Source: Candidatus Omnitrophota bacterium
GTDB taxonomy: Bacteria; Omnitrophota; Omnitrophia; Omnitrophales; Aquincolibacteriaceae
Length of the DNA stretch: 64,000 nt
Assembly (NCBI GenBank): GCA_043821445.1
Contig: JBDRCT010000031.1
Coordinates: forward strand, 35,620-99,619
Direction of reading: 5' to 3'
Shown: piece after piece, positions 62,901 to 64,000 of the stretch
How the letters are laid out: the number at the start of each line of letters is the position of its first letter
Numbering within the stretch: the first letter of the stretch is position 1
Notes under the pieces: generated by a model
Databases searched by the model: none
What the model was told of the DNA's origin: nothing
What the model saw: only the letters and a program-made list of their open reading frames with translations
Position numbers and translations under genes: made by a program

Positions 62901-64000
62901 CTATAACCTTGAAAGTCACGTCGGAAGGAACATGACCATTGCTTTTGATGCGCAGGGGAATGTGATGGGAGGTGTAGGCCTGCCGGGAATCCCGGGTCAG
63001 CAAGGATATTCCTCGATCGCGGGCATTTCGATCGTTTCCTCCGATGTCGTCCTTCTAACCTTAAAAGATGGAAGCCAGTATCAGGTGACACTTGATATCA
63101 GCGGGCAGGTGGTCATGACACAAGTCAAGGCTCCGACAGCGCCCGCGGCTATAACGCCGACTCAAACCACAACGATTCCGGCACCGGCTCCAACACCAAC
63201 ACCAACACCAACACCAACACCAACACCAACACCAACACCAACGCCAACACCAACGCCGATTTCGACAGGGCCTCAAGAACCCGTGGTAAAACACTATCAA
63301 GCTACTCTCATTGTCGATCCCAAAACGCGCCAGGAGCTTTATTTCTCTGTCACCGATAGCGGAGACGTGACCCTAAGGTGGAACGGCCAGGAATACAGTG
63401 CCAGCTCCTTTGACTATAAGTGGAAAGCTGTGACATTTATGACGGCGGAAGGCACTATCTTGAGTGTCCAGCTCAATCTTGATACGAAGGGACTGCTTTT
63501 TCTCTCGAACTTTAATGTGAAACCAGCTTTTGGCGGGGATTCCTATGTCTTTGATATGCAGGGTCGCGTTCTCAGCAAGACCTCAGTGATCATTAGTGCA
63601 TCGGGAGTCCAGACAACGCAGACAACTTATTATGATGCGCAAGGGAATGTTACGCCAACACTAACGCAAACACCGGTCACGACATCTGTGTCCACTCCAG
63701 TCACAACTTCTGTGACAACTCCTGAACCAGCACCCGTGTTATCCCGGATACCAGCACCAGCGCCGGTTGAAAGCGCAACACCCGTCGAAAGTCCAAAACC
63801 AACGGCGGGAGTCGGCGTCATTGTGAGCCAGCTTGAAGACACGGAACCTATACCGTATCCCGTAGTTCCTGAAAATTTTGCGACAGCCGGGTCCTCTGAT
63901 GTCGCGGCGGATGAGACTGTTGTCATCCCGGTTCCCGGGAACATGCCCCCGATAGTGGCTGATACACCTATTCTTGTCAAATCTCCGGTCCTAGCTCCTG
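56989..64000 (+). CDS. Second giant secreted repeat protein (partial, >2337 aa, runs off window end)
   Basis: RBS AAGGAGGA. Signal peptide. (AADQ)n and Ala-rich coiled coil. Four copies of a ~60-aa module (VTPDINDAS..ITNADGTT..VLPDGRIFGTDG.EV.GL). GH-clan-A-like segment (VIQNWEGDND...MISEFGF). Duplicated ~75-aa beta modules. (TP)n linker. No stop before nt 64000. Confidence 0.85.
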   Translation, partial: MKTFATRKFICVFTAVSLAFLQVVPVSFARPAVLVDETGNFVPEQPVDQASEATPDQIPSDPLSEFLSGDNPLSESTDESALAAEQAAADQAAADQAAADQAAADQAAADQAAADQAAADQAAADQAAADQAAADQAVADQAAAEQAAAEEAARITAAQEAARIVAEAEAARIATQQAAEEAARIAAQQAAEEAARLAAVEAARIAAAEEAERLAAEAEAARLASLVPSNEDLDIYSTIPWQNLTSEQQQHFIDLYANGNNVNTIPTNFDSSSSFAYALGLGNQAGTVVGANNQTYVNDGSGWMTAEEAARIAAQQAAEEAARIAAQQAAEEAARLAALPPASVVVKSAVTPDINDASKGTVVITNADGTTTEITVAVLPDGRIFGTDGQEVSGLNDATAQAIRNAIATGAQDAARLAAQQAAQEAARMEEILTSAGSLSYGSLSESERNALTAYLTAHPFALLDQNVSAFAPGSVFAWALGSGTNTDVNDAARSLGFVRYDPATGTFVKISEASQGAAPTVTVQGTVRPDINDASTAAITITNADGTTSQMTVSVLPDGKVFGTDGHEVTGLSEATLQAIRDAIAVAKATPPATPPATPLVPTPTLTTLYATTSWQDLTPQQQQDFINLYGNGNHADTIPSTFGSGSAYAYALGLGSILGTRVGLDSRIYTNDGTTWRLQTAGVGATFRGSTDFNLTTGAQDVLNSLSNGGSSVPIQLWAAPNYTAHYPTDTFDSSNINSLLDLVQSTPFQTFLGQMNQEGGQTVVLTANTFSNWNFLGGAGTFDAQAEHDEMAALARYLTETYPNTVFVIQNWEGDNDIQRTGFGLSEGSPFVGNGLFVPTDEQLQSYQDYLAARISGINDGRGNLRNVLSAATISSTYGVPDANDPNSTGQNCVAAAIRNLIAQGTVPDIVGYSAYYTVNDPVAAGRQAWDPNVPLDLNTRISNDLRNLCAFLGITPQQLMISEFGFSNNAPDAFANTQEAIDAFTQLGVFNLQAWSLTDDGTGDGLYVLQRNPDGTITHSPMGQAIFDHNTLVVLPDGRILGPNGQEVTGLDDATEQAIQAAIAAAQAAAEAARIAASPSVVVEGAVTPDINDASKATVTITNADGTTSQMTVSVLPDGRIFGTDGHEVSGLSDTAMQAIRDAITKAKEGQLPGDTSASLPPAPTAQTLSGQTSTATTPAPQNHTINNWIEPLNYSVIFNADGSVSVILDGKEIAKGRTIADLQAAANTYPAIYATPGRLVINDVMRNFTDFFSTTATGAVTTNNRPTVAADSAREVWRDEYGTSVAWFSEVGGRVFLLPDGRLIFEKADGSYSVLTVGTTAGTVSQTTYNTVRAQLSNTTSAGSVTISLSPAGHNLAGEIGTSTSTKPYNGGTAGKWMSWDLWSEETWDLLSPYNLTTMRNADGSSTAYTFTVTMKDGTQVVRTFLSLAEMTNFLYSSRATMDAWEALSNQEKALWFAIIDAKDRSPQLRNVLLPGLPTATTNSEMVYKDPETGQVTTWGYNTAYWSTPEQVQMLQVLFPNSKLYEVLRYFPCATMVYDPTDNRREFELILADGTHVNVGMLLRSMHWNEQTQTYDIWSLDEATARHLQSTADFNVRILNVITPPPPPPAPARNFNVKTILDPVTRTEISFSLADRAGSKTAGVATLRVNGQERQGFLMYENRTITWYSPTDMDTTWTVQLEDTQKGTYYLQSFTIESKSGTKEVYHFDMNGRVIMMYSVTAPDAMGKVSYKTTYYDQDWSKEVLPPAPGDSMIYPATLKYYNTSGQLYKDIGLDKDGKIVAMTVYGKYGSTTIAAIAVVTPVKVVVENAVTQKAFAENYYDAQGKYLKTVYLPQDPAPSTPGTTTLTTSAPISGFPMQVPAVWHYDGTTVVDAAMGKSVFVSITDYGRLTLRWDGQEYTANSFDYVWKGVTFESEDGTVIGAQFNLDSKGYLYLSNFYLLPTAGGSSRNYSFNAQGKIIGMSFQIYNLESHVGRNMTIAFDAQGNVMGGVGLPGIPGQQGYSSIAGISIVSSDVVLLTLKDGSQYQVTLDISGQVVMTQVKAPTAPAAITPTQTTTIPAPAPTPTPTPTPTPTPTPTPTPTPTPISTGPQEPVVKHYQATLIVDPKTRQELYFSVTDSGDVTLRWNGQEYSASSFDYKWKAVTFMTAEGTILSVQLNLDTKGLLFLSNFNVKPAFGGDSYVFDMQGRVLSKTSVIISASGVQTTQTTYYDAQGNVTPTLTQTPVTTSVSTPVTTSVTTPEPAPVLSRIPAPAPVESATPVESPKPTAGVGVIVSQLEDTEPIPYPVVPENFATAGSSDVAADETVVIPVPGNMPPIVADTPILVKSPVLAP
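57235..57435 (+). repeat. Tandem 15-nt repeat (GCTGCCGCGGACCAA)n encoding (AADQA)n
   Basis: About 13 near-perfect 15-nt units inside the second giant gene. Confidence 0.9.
63190..63256 (+). repeat. Hexanucleotide microsatellite (ACACCA)n encoding a (TP)n linker
   Basis: About 11 units (ccaacaccaacaccaacacca...) inside the second giant gene. Confidence 0.9.

Noticed and set aside
57235-63256. CRISPR array
   Set aside because: The only short regular tandem repeats (15-nt AADQA units, ACACCA hexamers, 210-nt units at 20.5 kb) are in-frame coding repeats without unique spacers. No cas genes are present.
1-64000. rRNA or tRNA genes
   Set aside because: No stretch with tRNA cloverleaf features or rRNA-like conserved sequence was recognised. 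All intergenic regions are short or accounted for by the elements listed.

Overview
The window is a roughly 50% GC bacterial chromosome segment. A putative Omnitrophota-like or other uncultured-lineage origin is speculation. The housekeeping genes are murB, an ECF sigma/anti-sigma pair, hrcA-grpE-dnaJ, a YbgC-like thioesterase, gpsA, a FadL-family outer-membrane protein, rlmH, a PilT-family ATPase and an SPL-type radical SAM. These are interleaved with accessory content.

The dominant feature is a 12.9 kb gene (18439..31368, 4309 aa). It encodes a secreted protein with Ig-like domains, YD/RHS-like repeats, a coiled coil, a DUF4214-like motif, a C39-like segment, a long glycine-rich hydrophobic region and a short C-terminal domain. 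It is translationally coupled (ATGA overlap) to a 169-aa TM/TPR-like protein. About 1 kb downstream is an orphan copy of the same C-terminal domain plus a paralogous 169-aa gene (32396..33225), flanked by displaced fragments of two genes whose intact copies lie at 36238..38420. This is the organisation of a polymorphic toxin / immunity system with an orphan cassette, and the C-terminal domain family is not one I can name.

Other notable content:
- A conserved structured motif of about 85 nt with two hairpins occurs 4 times immediately 5' of gene starts (ECF sigma, hrcA, an RHH gene preceding the giant gene, and rlmH).
- A triplicated Spy/CpxP-like LTXXQ periplasmic protein unit, each copy with its own palindrome-containing promoter region, sits next to the ECF sigma/anti-sigma pair.
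- A surface-glycan-type cluster holds three tandem B12-binding radical SAM genes, a radical SAM pseudoenzyme lacking the CxxxCxxC motif, a SPASM radical SAM and three GT2 genes.
- There are four paralogous MORN-variant (YwqK-like) proteins.
- A P-loop zeta-toxin-like kinase sits beside a PLD/Nuc nuclease interrupted by an in-frame TGA.
- A second giant secreted repeat protein (56989..>64000) lies downstream of a roughly 25% GC island.

No rRNA, tRNA, CRISPR array or transposase was seen.
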